Origin: a virus
Strand: one strand, 5' to 3'
Virus record (IMG/VR): IMGVR_UViG_2531839741_000003
Coordinates: 3,238 to 67,237 of that record
DNA length: 64,000 nt
The translations under genes were made by a program, and so were the position numbers. How positions within the stretch are numbered: position 1 is the stretch's first letter; each line of letters begins with the position of its first letter. The notes under the pieces are model-generated. The model was not told the DNA's origin, did not search any database, and saw only the letters and a program-made list of their open reading frames with translations. Positions 30,396 through 42,091 of this stretch are shown here, one piece after another.

Positions 30396-30704
30396 ATGAA
30401 AAACGTAAATTTGGAAATGGTAGAACTTAATGAAAAAGAACTTGACGCAATGAAGAAAGAACTTTTAACAATTGACGAAACACTTCAAGCAATTCAAGAA
30501 CGCTTGACAACATCAGAATATAATGAAAGATGGTTTGAATATGCGGAAAAACTTTCACTTCAAATTATGGAAAAATACGGTGTAAAATATCCCTTGATTA
30601 TGGATGTTTCGGGATATGGTAACTATAATGCAATTGAAATTCTTTTCTTAAATGGTGAAAAAGGTTTTGACGGAATTCAAGTTGATTGCGGCGATATGGA
30701 ATAA
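30396..30704 (+). CDS. hypothetical protein
   Basis: Promoter plus GAAAGG. Confidence 0.6.
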   Translation: MKNVNLEMVELNEKELDAMKKELLTIDETLQAIQERLTTSEYNERWFEYAEKLSLQIMEKYGVKYPLIMDVSGYGNYNAIEILFLNGEKGFDGIQVDCGDME

Positions 30705-30976
30705 TAGAAAGGACTTGATAAAATGAAAGCAATAAAAAATTTAATTTTTTTGGTTAGTATTTTGTTTATGGTTTGGATCGTTGCAAGTTTTATAAATGTA
30801 AATCTGCATAACCTGACAGATCAAAATTTTGCAACGTGGAATTTGTTCACAATGTTCACAAATTGTTTACAATAAAAATTTTGGAAAGTACTTGACAACT
30901 GAAAAGAAATGTGTTATAATAAATACAGAAATTGAGGAGCGGAAAACCTCACTAAAACCGCAGAAAGGTTTATATT

Positions 30977-31189
30977 ATGACTGTTAGAAATATTTTAAGT
31001 ATGTGTAAAAATGATATTGATTATCTCAATGTTACGGTTGTAAATTCTGAAGGCGAAAGAAGTGAAATTATGAGTTTCCCTTTACTTGAATACATCGGTA
31101 CAGAATGGGCAAATCGTGAAGTAATTAGTTTTGAAATTAAAACTAATGAAGAATTAGATTTTACAGAAATTTATTTTGAAGTTAGATAA
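30977..31189 (+). CDS. hypothetical protein
   Basis: Promoter plus GAAAGG. Confidence 0.55.
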   Translation: MTVRNILSMCKNDIDYLNVTVVNSEGERSEIMSFPLLEYIGTEWANREVISFEIKTNEELDFTEIYFEVR

Positions 31190-31369
31190 AATATGAACGG
31201 CTAGTAACTTTGGCAAAAGCTGGAGTGAACGCCTTGTGCATATTGTACAAATTGAGACGCTTAAATTTGAAAATGTTTGTGCAACTTTTATATTGACATT
31301 TGGTTTCTGTTGTGGTATAATAATTATAGAAGTTAAGGAAAAAACTTAAAAACCAGAAAGGCAAGTATT

Positions 31370-31585
31370 ATGTTAGTAAAAGAATTGATTAAAAAGCAGG
31401 AAGGCAAGTTTGATAGTTTGGAAATTATTAGACCAAATGGAGACGTCTATTTTACTATGGTGGTACCCTATGAAAGAAGCGATGCTTTTCAAGAGAATAA
31501 AGACTTGAAAATTTTTAGTTATAGTTTTGTACCATTTGCAAGCGGTAACGGGTACAGATTGAGTATTAAAACAGAAAGAGTATAA
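31370..31585 (+). CDS. hypothetical protein
   Basis: Promoter plus GAAAGG. Confidence 0.55.
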   Translation: MLVKELIKKQEGKFDSLEIIRPNGDVYFTMVVPYERSDAFQENKDLKIFSYSFVPFASGNGYRLSIKTERV

Positions 31586-32043
31586 AACGGGTGCAAGAGA
31601 AATAAAAGTGAATAATAAAAGGGTTAGCGGGTGGGCGAAAATTTGAGAAAAGTTTTTCTGTTGAGACGGGTTCAGAAATTTTTCTAAAAGATTTTATATA
31701 TTACGGGTTTAGAAAAATTTTTGGGCTAAAGTTTTTAGATGTAAATAAATAATAAAATGAGCTAAAGTTTTTAAGAATAAAGCTATATTTCTAGCAAAGA
31801 GGTATCATATTTTCAAAGTGGTTCTTCTGCTTGATGGGGTGATAAAAATTTTTAGCAAAAGTTTTTCTAAAAAGTTAAAGAATAAAAATGAGCAAAAGTT
31901 TTATATAGATAGATATAATACAGTTTAATATATATACATATGTATATTGGAAATATGTCAAGATTTAGTATAGAGCAGGACAGCAGAAATTAACTGAAAC
32001 TTTGTTATAATTAAATAACTTCAATAGAATGAGCTGAAGTTTT

Positions 32044-32199
32044 AGCTCCAAAATTATAGCTTCAATATAGCTCAAAATTATAGCTTCAATATAGCTCAAA
32101 ACTATAGCTCAAAATTATAGCTTCAATATAGCTCAAAACTATAGCTCAAAACTATAGCTCAAAACTATAGCTCAAAACTATAGCTCAAAATTATAGCTT
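32044..32199. repeat. tandem array of 11-12-bp AGCTCAAAA(C/T)TAT and AGCTTCAATAT units
   Basis: Direct reading. Confidence 0.85.
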
Positions 32200-32511
32200 T
32201 AATTCTGTTGGACAGCGACAACAACAGAAGAGCGATTTCACCTCCTACCGCTCTTCTGTTCTACTGTCTTATTTATTTTCTACCGTGATACCCTCAATTT
32301 CAAGTGCTGCTTCGTTTGCCTGATCTCTATCGTCCCAAGCACCGTAGAACCAAAGTTCACCTTCAATTTCTCTTGCTACAATGTACTTTCTATTCTTTGC
32401 ATATTCTGCCATGTTATTGATTTTCATATTTCAATCTTCCTTTCATTATTGAAATTGAACCCGAACGGGATTTTTTCATCCCGTCCTTCCTGTTCAATTT
32501 TCTTGGTGGTT

Positions 32512-32945
32512 TCATTCTGTCACTTCGTAGAATACTGTTGCATTCTCAAACTTAATTTGCCATTCTCTACCGTTTTCGTCCGTCCAATCGCCTGCTTGTG
32601 TATGTGGTACGTTGTCTTTCTGCTCGTATCTTCTGATTAGGCTTTCAAACGCTTCACCCTTGTTACCTCTCATTCGTTCAAGGGTTTCAATTGTACCTAC
32701 CTTTTCGACTCTCGTACAACTGTTCAAGAGTGCCTCTCGTTGCTTGTTATTTGGTCGGAATCTCCATTTACAGCGACCGCCTTTTTTGGTGCTGTCACGG
32801 TCGCATTTTAGCGACGCTTGAAAAGCTTCATTGTCGTAGGTTGTAAAGCAAGCCCATATTTCACCCCCTTCTTGATGCCTATGATTAGGTTTTGCGTTGC
32901 GGTTGTTTTTCTGTATGCCATGAAGCTAGTCAACATTTTATTCAT
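32512..32945 (-). pseudogene. hypothetical gene with an apparent frameshift at a G5 run near 32865
   Basis: The ATG frame (MNKMLTSF...IKKG) stops early; a second frame (GEIWACF...FRPNNKQREALL...QIKFENAT) is open to 32512. Confidence 0.4.
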
Positions 32946-32948
32946 TTT

Positions 32949-33173
32949 TCAATCCTCCATGGTGTCCAGTCCGATGTAGCCGACTTCCAGACTCCAGCGA
33001 CAGAAATCTTCTAAATTTTCCATAATTTCCCATTCGCTGTAGTTTTCAAGTGTATAGTTTCCGTACCGCTCAAGGGCTGTTTCACGTGAAACATTTTCGA
33101 GGTTGATGGCAACCGCATTAAAGCGGTGACTTGTAGCGTTTTCGATGGTTTCAATTGCATTGTAAACAGTCAT
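32949..33173 (-). CDS. hypothetical protein containing the third parS (reads VSRET)
   Basis: ORF track. Confidence 0.5.
   Translation of the reverse strand: MTVYNAIETIENATSHRFNAVAINLENVSRETALERYGNYTLENYSEWEIMENLEDFCRWSLEVGYIGLDTMED
33078..33093. promoter_or_regulatory. perfect parS site
   Basis: TGTTTCACGTGAAACA. Confidence 0.8.
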
Positions 33174-33464
33174 GATATAACCTTTCTACGCCGTTTGGCG
33201 TTTCACTGTTTGCCGGTGCGATAACCCTTATTTCGGAGAATGGTTTTTAACCCGTCCTTCTATATAATATTATACTCCTTTTTTTTAGTTTGTCAAGGAT
33301 TTTTTCAAAAAAAAATACACAAACCTTTTCAACTTTACAAGCCTGTTTTTGTGCAAAATGACGAACGCCTATTTTCAACCATTTTCTGTCATCTGTTAAC
33401 ATTTCAGTCATAATTTCTGGTGTCATGGTAAAATATGTCATCTGTTAACATTTCAGTCATAATT

Positions 33465-34545
33465 TGAACTTTTCAACTTTTCAACGTTGAAAACTTTTCA
33501 ACTTTTCAACAATTCTGTTAAAAATTTAACAATCGCATTGCATCTGTTGAAAAGTTGAAAACTATGTTAAAAAGTTGAAAACTATGTTGAAAAGTTGAAA
33601 TGTTGAAAGCTTTACATTCAATTGTTGAAAAGTTGAAAGCTTTACATTCAATTGTTGAAAAGTTGAAAACTATTAACACTCAACTGTTGAAAAGTTGAAA
33701 CTGTTGAAAACTTTCAACAATCCTGTTAAAAATTTAACAATCGCATCCCACAAAAAGATTGAATTTATTCATAGTTTGTTCATAATTTGCTCCCCCAATT
33801 GTGGAAAACTTTTAACTTTTCAACAATTAAACTTTTCCACTTTTCAACGTTAAAAATTTTCAACTCTTCAACTGTTGAATTGTTGAAAACTTTCCACAAT
33901 TTGTTGAAAACTTTCAACTTTTCAACAAGTTAGTTATGACTAACTCCTCGGCCCTTCCTCGGCAGAACATACGAAATTGTTGAAAAGTTGAAAACTATGT
34001 TGAAACTGTTGAAAACTTTCAATTTTCCACTTTTCAACTGTTGAAAACTTATTCATAGTTTGTTCACAATTTCCTCGGCAATTGTTGAAAAGTTGAAAAC
34101 TATGTTGAAACTGTTGAAAACTTTCAACTTTTCAACAAGTTAGTCATGACTAACTCCCTGGCCCGCCACCCTTGAACAATTGAAATGTTGAAAAGTTGAA
34201 AACTTATTCATAGTTTGTTCACAATTTCCTCGGCAATTGTTGAAAAGTTGAAAAGTTGAGACGCAATTGTTGAAAAGTTGAAAACTCATTCATAAATCAT
34301 TCAATTTGTTAATAGTTTGTTCATAATTTCCTCGACAATTGTTGAAAACTATGTTGAAATGTTGAAAACTATTAACAATCTGAGTGTTGAAAAGTTGAAA
34401 ACTATGTTGAAAAGTTGAGACGGACTGTTGAAAACTTTCAACAACGCACAGTTTTCAACAGTTGAAAAGTTGAAATGTTGAAAGTTTTCCACAAATTGTT
34501 GAAAGTTTTCAACTTTTCCACAGGGGGTGGAAAAATTTCTAATTT
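33465..34545. repeat. dense array of (T)GTTGAAAA/TTTTCAAC(A) in both orientations; candidate origin
   Basis: Dozens of copies, longer duplicated blocks and TTTCCACA variants. Confidence 0.85.
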
Positions 34546-34689
34546 TGTTCATAATTTGTTCATAAAAAGGCCGTACCAACAAATCTTCAGAACTCATTTT
34601 TTAAATTTAAATATCAATCATTGGTACTAACAAATCTTCAGAACTCATTTTTAAATTTAAATATCAATTATCAGTACTAACAAATCTTC

Positions 34690-35049
34690 TTAAAAAATCT
34701 CACTTACCCTATCATAATCTTCTCTATTTGCATATACTCCTAAAAATATTATTCCATTTATATTTTCCGTTAATTCTATTTTAGACATTTCCCATACATT
34801 TACTTCTAAATCTAATTCTTCTGCTTCATCTATTGTTAATAAACTTACTTTTGATTCTACAATATCATCTTTATCATAGATTAGATATAAACATAGGTGA
34901 GTTATATTGTTTTCTCTTAACTTAGGCAAAAAATCTTTTAATTTAAGTCCATTTCTTTTTAAAAAATTATAATATTCCATATAATCTTCTATTCCTATAA
35001 GTGATTGTCTTTTTATTCCATTTTCTGGTCCATAACCTAAAATTTCCAT
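34690..35049 (-). CDS. hypothetical protein
   Basis: AAGGAGG RBS on the minus strand; promoter near 35165-35200. Confidence 0.65.
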   Translation of the reverse strand: MEILGYGPENGIKRQSLIGIEDYMEYYNFLKRNGLKLKDFLPKLRENNITHLCLYLIYDKDDIVESKVSLLTIDEAEELDLEVNVWEMSKIELTENINGIIFLGVYANREDYDRVSEIF

Positions 35050-35509
35050 TGGTATTTCCTCCTTAATAGTTAGTAGTAGTTAGTAGTAGTAGTTATTAAT
35101 TAGTAGTTAGTAATTAATAACAATTAATAAAGAAAATAGAGAACTCTATTAATCTCTATTTTCTAATTATATTATACCATAAAATTTCTTTAAAGTCAAA
35201 TTTTTATTATTAAAATCGAAAATTTGACTTCTTAAGAAAAATATGCTATAATTATATTATAGAGAGAAATAAAGTAGTAAATAAGTATATAAACTATTAT
35301 ATTTTAATAATAGAGAAAGCCGCGATAGCGGATTTCAAAAATTTTAATTGGTCGAGCGTTAGCTCAAACGATTACAAATTTTTAAGGGGAATCGAGCCAA
35401 AAGAAACGTATTAAGAGAACGGCGGCGAAGCATTGTATTTTGGAATTGTAGTTAGTAGTAGTAATATAATAGTTTATTACTTTTCTCTTGTTTGACAATT
35501 GTAAAGGAG

Positions 35510-36733
35510 GTGATAGTAATATTTAAGTTGGATTTTACTATTGAATTATAGGAAGATAGAATGGAGTTTTTAAAGAAAAATGTTGATTTAAAATCTTTGT
35601 CTCAAAAAGACCTAGAATTATGTACTAATTATGTACTCTATGGAAAAGACAAAGATGGTACTTCAATGGTTGATAAGAAGCTTATTTATATTAAATCTAA
35701 ACATAATTCTTATTAGAGACAAGAACCTTTATCTCTAGAAGCTTTATTAGAAGATCCAAATTTTGAAGAATCGTAGTTAAAAGAACCCACTAATATTTAT
35801 AAAAAGATTAAACCTTCAATTGATAAGGAAAAAGTTAAAGATATTCCTGGCATGGTAGAGTTATGGGAAGAAATTGATAAGTTAGATTAGTTTATTTAGA
35901 TTTAGGAAGGCAAAGTTAAACCAGAATCTCCTGTTAAAAAGGTTGATTCAAAAACCCTTTATACTCTAAAACACACACTAATAGATCTTCGCCGCCAATA
36001 GTATATTTTGAAAGATTCTTAGTTCCCTGAGATTTAGCCGAGAAAAAACTATTCTTAGTTTTATTCTAACAGCGCCGATTATTAGGTTAATTACTAGGTT
36101 TTTCCTATTGGAGTTATGAAAGACGAACATGACATTAGATTTACAGAGCCTTGGAGAGATAATAGCAGTACGGCGGTGCGAAATATTGAGGAAGAAATTA
36201 AGCAGTTGAATAAAGAAGGAAAATTTTATTTTAATTTCCTTGATAAGAATCACATTTATCAATTGTGTTTATATTATTATGAGGTTAAGGATTTAGCTAG
36301 AAAACATCCTGATTCGCTTTTAAACAACCTATTATTAACTCTTGATTTCTATATTGATAAAGCGCATTTAAGCCCGCAGCAAAGATTAATTCTTGAAGAT
36401 AAGAAACGTAGAATGAAGAATGAGGAAATTTCTATTCACTTGTTTGAAGAACTAGGCATACATCACTAGGAAAACTATATTAGTACTATTTGGAACAAAA
36501 CTTGTAAGCTCGTGGCCGCTGCAGCAAATTTACACTATGATGAGTGGCTGGCGAGAAACTATGATAAAGCGTGGAAAATTTGTGGATGTTGCGGCAAAAA
36601 ATTACTTAGGGACACTAGGAATTTTGTTAGAAAAAATAACTCATATGATGGGCTTACTTTAAGATGTAAATAGTGTGATAAAAAAAAAAGGTTAGGAATA
36701 CTAGATTTAGAGGACGGGGTTAAAAATAAGTGA
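35510..36733 (+). CDS. putative transcription regulator (HTH-like region plus C-terminal Zn finger), about 407 aa, 14 in-frame TAG
   Basis: One frame from GTG 35510 to TGA 36733 with no TAA/TGA; LSPQQRLIL..EEIS..L helix pattern, CGCCG...CK(Q)C; start approximate. Confidence 0.7.
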
Positions 36734-36927
36734 TTTTCTTTTGAGCTATTAGATACTATAGGCTTTATAATTATTGTTTTGCCGTAAAACTTTAATTTCA
36801 ATTGAATTTCAATTGTTTATTCAATTGTTTCTTAAAATACAATTCTTCGCCGCCGTTCTTACAATGAATTTTGGCGGCAGAAAACGTATTAAGAAAATGG
36901 CGGCGAAGCAACGAGGAGGACAGATAA

Positions 36928-37176
36928 ATGGAAAAACAATTAATGGAATGTTTTACACATTTCCAGCTTGTTGATCTAATCGGATTTGCAAATATACTCC
37001 AAGTTCCCGAAGAAGAAAATTTTGAAGATTACGTGGTTAATATAGTTGAGGCTTTTGATAAGAAACCTAGACGTATTAGAAAAGAACTTGTAAAGCTTGC
37101 AAAGCAAGTTAGAGACAACAACATAGAATATGATAAGGAGATGGCGGCGAAGAAATGTAACCCTGATAGTGAATAA
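36928..37176 (+). CDS. hypothetical protein
   Basis: AGGAGG RBS. Confidence 0.65.
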   Translation: MEKQLMECFTHFQLVDLIGFANILQVPEEENFEDYVVNIVEAFDKKPRRIRKELVKLAKQVRDNNIEYDKEMAAKKCNPDSE

Positions 37177-38099
37177 TGGCGGCGAAGCAATGTTTACTAT
37201 GTAAAGAAGATAAGTCAATTGCCAATTACATATCGGTCAAGTCTAAACTCCTAAATGGTGTAATGCCTATTTGTCGCAAGTGTATTGCTAATACAATTGC
37301 AGAAGCAAAAGAGAGCGAACTTTGGAATACTGTTGACAAGCTCTGTCAATTGGCTGACGTACCTTTTATTCCCGAAGAATTTGAACGAATTTATAAAACA
37401 AATGGTACTGATGCCTTTGGCGCCTATTGTTATATTTTTAGAGATAAACCTTATGATACTCTGGATTGGAAAATGTACAACGAGGTTTATTTGAGAATTC
37501 AAGAGGAAGGACGAGTTGAGGACGCTCTGCCTGAAGTGAAAGCAGATAGAGAGAATAAACTTCGTTCTAAATGGGGCGCCGAATATGAGATTTCAGATTT
37601 AGAGTATTTGGAAAATCTTTACCAAGGTATTGTTGCTACAAGCGGTGTAGTAGGTAGTTTGAATGAAGATCAAGTATTGAAAATCTGTAAAATCTCACTT
37701 ATTATTGAAGAAAAAATAAGAGCTGGCGTTGATTTTTCAAAAGACCTTAAAGGTTACGACGACTTGTGCAAGCTCGCAGGAGTTACAACCTAGTCGGTGA
37801 AGGACGGCAGTGAATTCAATTCTGCTGGTGAAATCTTCGCTTACCTAGAGAAATTAGGTTATAAAGTTAAGTACTATGATGGCGCAATTAATGATGAAGT
37901 AGATAAAACCATTAAAGATATACAATATTGGATAAGATATTTATATGTTAATGAGACTGGTGTTGCTTCTGAAATTCAAGAGCGCATTGAGGGACTTAAG
38001 ACTGCTGATAAGCTTACTGGTGAAAATTTTGACTGGGGAGAATATCGGCAATATGTAGAAGGAATCGATGAAAATGAGGACTTTGAAATTGAAATTTGA
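37176..38099 (+). CDS. Zn-finger protein upstream of terminase (small-subunit candidate), 1 TAG
   Basis: ORFs 37176 and 37797 are in frame across TAG 37791; CLLC...CRKC. Confidence 0.6.
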
Positions 38100-38108
38100 G
38101 GTGATAGT

Positions 38109-40508
38109 ATGATATTAATGCCCGAAGCTATCGCCGCCGCAACAACGAGATTATTCAAAACAAGAGGAAAAACATTTTATAGAAATGGAATTCAATTGGA
38201 AAAAGGTGCAGTAATTAATGAGAATAGAATAAGATATAATTTAGATTTGTATGAATATTATTTTGATTTATTCAGCCAATATCCAGATATATTTATTGAA
38301 TTGATTACTCCAACTGATTCAAAATTTAAACTTAAATTTTTCTAGGTTATTTTTCTAAGAGCTTGTCTACGTTATGGTCGTGTATCAGCTACTATGCCCC
38401 GTGCGGCTGGCAAGTCTTTTATTTGTATTTTAGCACTTTATTTGATTTGTATTTTTAGACCTAGGTCACACGTCAAGAAGGGCGCACTTATATTGTGAAG
38501 TGTAAGTGAAAAGATTAATTAAAAGCTGGGAAATTCTAATACTATTGATACTCGTTGCGCCGCCGCAATTTACTTAAGGCATTTTCATTGTGCAAATGGC
38601 GGCGAAGAGTTGTGAAAACAGAAACAAATTAATAGTTGGCTCATGGTTAAATCCTAAAAGCTGTGATAATGAATAATCAGCACCAAAAAGATTAAAAGAA
38701 TCTTGGTTCAACGACTATTCCCTTGAGGAAGTAGGTAATACCGAAAAATTAATCGTCTTAGTAATAAGAATTGATATAGTCTAAAAGCTTTTTATGTTCA
38801 CCTGGTCGAAATCAGGGCGTTAAAATTGCAACAGAAAAAATTAAACAACTATTTAATATTTTTCCTTTGTTAAAAAATGAATTAGTGGGAAATGGTAATT
38901 TTTCGAATGATTATGTTAAGTTGACATTTAGAAATGGCTCATTATTCGATGTAATGACGCCATTAAACTCCACTCGTGGTAATCGTGCTACGTGTGGTAT
39001 TATAGATGAACATCGTTAGATAGCGATGTAAAAACTGCCTAAATTGCGGGAACGCCCTTAGAGCTTTAATAACTAAACAATTATAGTGATATAATTGCGG
39101 CAAGGTATAACGGCTTTGGTATAGTAATATAATTAAAGATTGGGTAATCAAATGCAGCAAATCTTCTCTTGAGAAGAATGTTCAGAGACTATGTAGTAAG
39201 ACTTCGGTCTGAAAAAGGCAGCATATTTTTATATGATGATATAGTCCAATCCCTAAATAAATATGTCGAAAGACAGGGTTCTAAATGGATCACAACGCAG
39301 ACGATATCAATGAGATCATTCTGCCTTTACTCAACGTTGACCGCCCTATGGTCAATGGAGACATAAATGAGAATGAACCTCAACAGGTTCAATTCTGGAT
39401 TTCGTCAGCGGGAGATAAAAATACATATAGTTATGATAAGACAATTGAATTATTTGAACAATAGATAATCTAGCCAAGTAAAGTGTTTTGCTTTGGAATG
39501 GATTATAGAATTCCAATTATTTCAGGATTATTAACACCAGCATACTTGAATGAAATTAAATTGTCACCGACCTTTAATGAAATAAGCTTTGCAAAAGAAT
39601 ATATGTCCCGATTTACTGGTGGCTCACAAGATGCTTGGTTTGATTTCGAGAAACTGGATTAGAATAGAACATTGATTAATCCTGAGACTCATGAGAACCT
39701 TAAACCTGGCATCAACGCATACTATGTCATTTCAGTGGATGTGGCTCGCATAGGATGTTAGACGGTTGCCACTGTACTCAAGGTATTTCCTGATATAGAA
39801 AATGGATATAGAATTAATTTGGTAAACATATACGTACTCGGTAAAACGGAAGAGGAAAAAATCTTTGACAGATAGGTTGCAGAGCTTAAGTACTTGATAG
39901 AGCAATTCAACCCTAAGGTCGTGATCATAGATATAAATGGCATCGGAATTTCCTTTGCAGATGCAATGATTAAAGAGACTTTTGACGAAAAATTTCAAGT
40001 AATGCGCCCAGCTTACGGCTTTAATAATAGAGAGGAATATTTACCTCTACAACCTCGTGGCTGTGAGAAGATTCTTTATGGAATTAAAGCAAATGCGCAA
40101 CTTAATAGCGATATGCACTCTGCTTTATATTCAAAAGTCTATTCTGGCAAGCTTAAATTTTTAATTTCAGAAAGTGATGCAAAAGTTAAACTTCTTGCAA
40201 CTAAAAAAGGGCAAAGAATGAGTCCTGAGGATAAGAATAAACGCCTATTACCTCATGAAATTACCTCTATTTTAATTAATGAAATTATGAATTTAAAACT
40301 CAAGCCAACAGGCAATGCAAATCAGATTGCTGTTGAACAAATTAATGAACGGACATTAAAAGACAAGTTCTCTGCACTGGAGATGGGGATTTATTGGATA
40401 GTACAAGAGGAAAACACTTTAATGTCTCGCCGCCGCAATAGAGGTTTAGGTGGTAAAAAAAGAACCTTAGTATTTTCCGGTAGAGGAGGTGGAGGTGATA
40501 AAAGATGA
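38109..40508 (+). CDS. terL: terminase large subunit; exons 38109-38473, 38788-39016, 39288-40508; 6 TAG
   Basis: Spliced: KFF(Q)VIFLR, PRAAGKS (Walker A), CGIIDEHR|DH (Walker B), nuclease SVDVAR, IDINGIG, KDKFSA. Confidence 0.88.
38474..38787 (+). ncRNA. group I intron 1 of terL
   Basis: AAGCTGGGAAA, AATCAGCA, GTTCAACGACTA, GATATAGTCT; removal restores RPRSHV-FLCSPG; 3' boundary inferred from frame, P9 appears absent. Confidence 0.75.
39017..39287 (+). ncRNA. group I intron 2 of terL
   Basis: P1 ACATCGT/GCGATGT with U-G; AATTGCGGGAA, GTTCAGAGACTA, GATATAGTCC; ends in G. Confidence 0.88.
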
Positions 40509-42091
40509 CAAAAGATAAAAACGAAATGTCAACAGAAGAACTTCTTAAATTTCAGCGAATTGAAACTTTTAAAAATGAAATTAAATCAATGATAGCAACG
40601 AGTAAAGAAGCTCTCGTAAAAACAGACAATCGTGAAGCAAAAAATCGCTATCGCTGCCACTATACAAAGGAAGATATTAGAGATATTGTAGCAGAGGGAG
40701 ATGCTGTTGCTCGTGCGGAATTATCAAAATATTTCTTTTCTATAAGCGGACTTTATAAAAGAATTGTTTTGCACTATGCAACTTTCTTAACTTATTCTTG
40801 GCTTCTTGTCCCTCATATTAAAAATTAGCTGAAGGACAAGTTAGATGATAAAAAGAATATGAAAGTTTACTACGATGCCGCCGATTTTGCATCGAATTTT
40901 GATATTGAAAGAAAATGTTCTTTATTTGCAAAGGATGTTTTAGTTCAAGGCGGCTGTTATGGAATTATACATGATAATGGGGACAATATTGTAATACAAG
41001 ATTTGCCTTTTGAATATTGTCGTAGCAGATTTAAGAATTCACAAGATGTTGATATTGTTGAGTTTGATATGCGATTTTTTGATTCAATATCAGACGCAGA
41101 TCTTCGTGCCCAAATTTTAAAAACATATCCAAAATGTGTTCAAAAAGGATATACTAGTTTTAAGAGTGGCCGAGCATCTAGTCCTTGGATTTATTTACCA
41201 GCAGAAATTGGAATTTACTTCACATTATTTGAGGAACGTCCTTTCTTTTTGGACTTAATTCCTTTAATTGACGATTTAGAGGATTATAAGCAAATTGATA
41301 AGGATAGGAATTTACTTTCCCTAAAGCGAATTTTAACTCAGAAAGTTCCAACTGATGGAATGAATCTTGTCTTTGAGCCTGAAGAAGCGGCTGAAATGCA
41401 TGAAGGTGTTCTTGAAATGCTCGCTAACAATCCTGATGTTGATGTCGTTACTTCATATAATGATATTGACCTTTTGGATTTAAGTAGTGATGCAGATGAG
41501 ACAACTGAAGTTACAGATGCGCAACAACTAATTTACGATTCTGCGGGCGTATCAAAAGAACTTTTTAGTGCTACAACTGATACAGGTCTTACTTATAGCT
41601 TAAATAACGACCTGTCAATGATGATGGTCCTAGGACAAAGATTTTCAAATTTTTTCACAGCATTGATTAATAATAAATTTGCTACAAGAAAATTAAAGTT
41701 TAAATTACTAATTTTACCAATTAGTTTTTATAATAAAGATGATTACACTTCTAAGGCTAAGGATTTGGCGGCGTTTGGATATAGCTTCTTAACGCCTATT
41801 CTATCAACTGGTATTGACCAAACTAACTTAGCTGACCTTAAGACTCTTGAAAATGAAGTCTTGAATTTGGACGAAGTATTAACTCCTTTACAATCTGCAT
41901 ATACACAATCTGGTAAAACTAATGCAGTAACTGCTGCGGCGGCGAAGTCAGCGGAGGAATCAACAGAGGAGAAGGATACAGAGGAATCTGAAGAAAAGAC
42001 TGAAGAAGAATCTAAGGAAGAAGAATCAAAGGATAATGGAGGTGAAGATGAAAATGGAGAACAAGATAACGGATCAAATGCTAAATCTTGA
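40505..42091 (+). CDS. probable portal protein, 1 TAG
   Basis: ORFs 40505 and 40859 are in frame across TAG 40826; follows terL; about 528 aa with an acidic tail. Confidence 0.7.

Noticed and set aside
31538-31548. 11-nt match (GCAAGCGGTAA) to the putative TnpB guide
   Set aside because: Too short and mismatched at the first guide base; chance cannot be excluded.
35069-35115. TAGTAG-rich run as part of the recoding system
   Set aside because: It is a non-coding low-complexity stretch upstream of a minus-strand gene, with no evidence of translation.
38474-39287. Inteins or homing ORFs in terL, including ORFs 38963-39160 and 39169-39366
   Set aside because: The inserts contain TAA/TGA in the gene frame and show group I RNA motifs; the short ORFs straddle intron boundaries and lack nuclease motifs.
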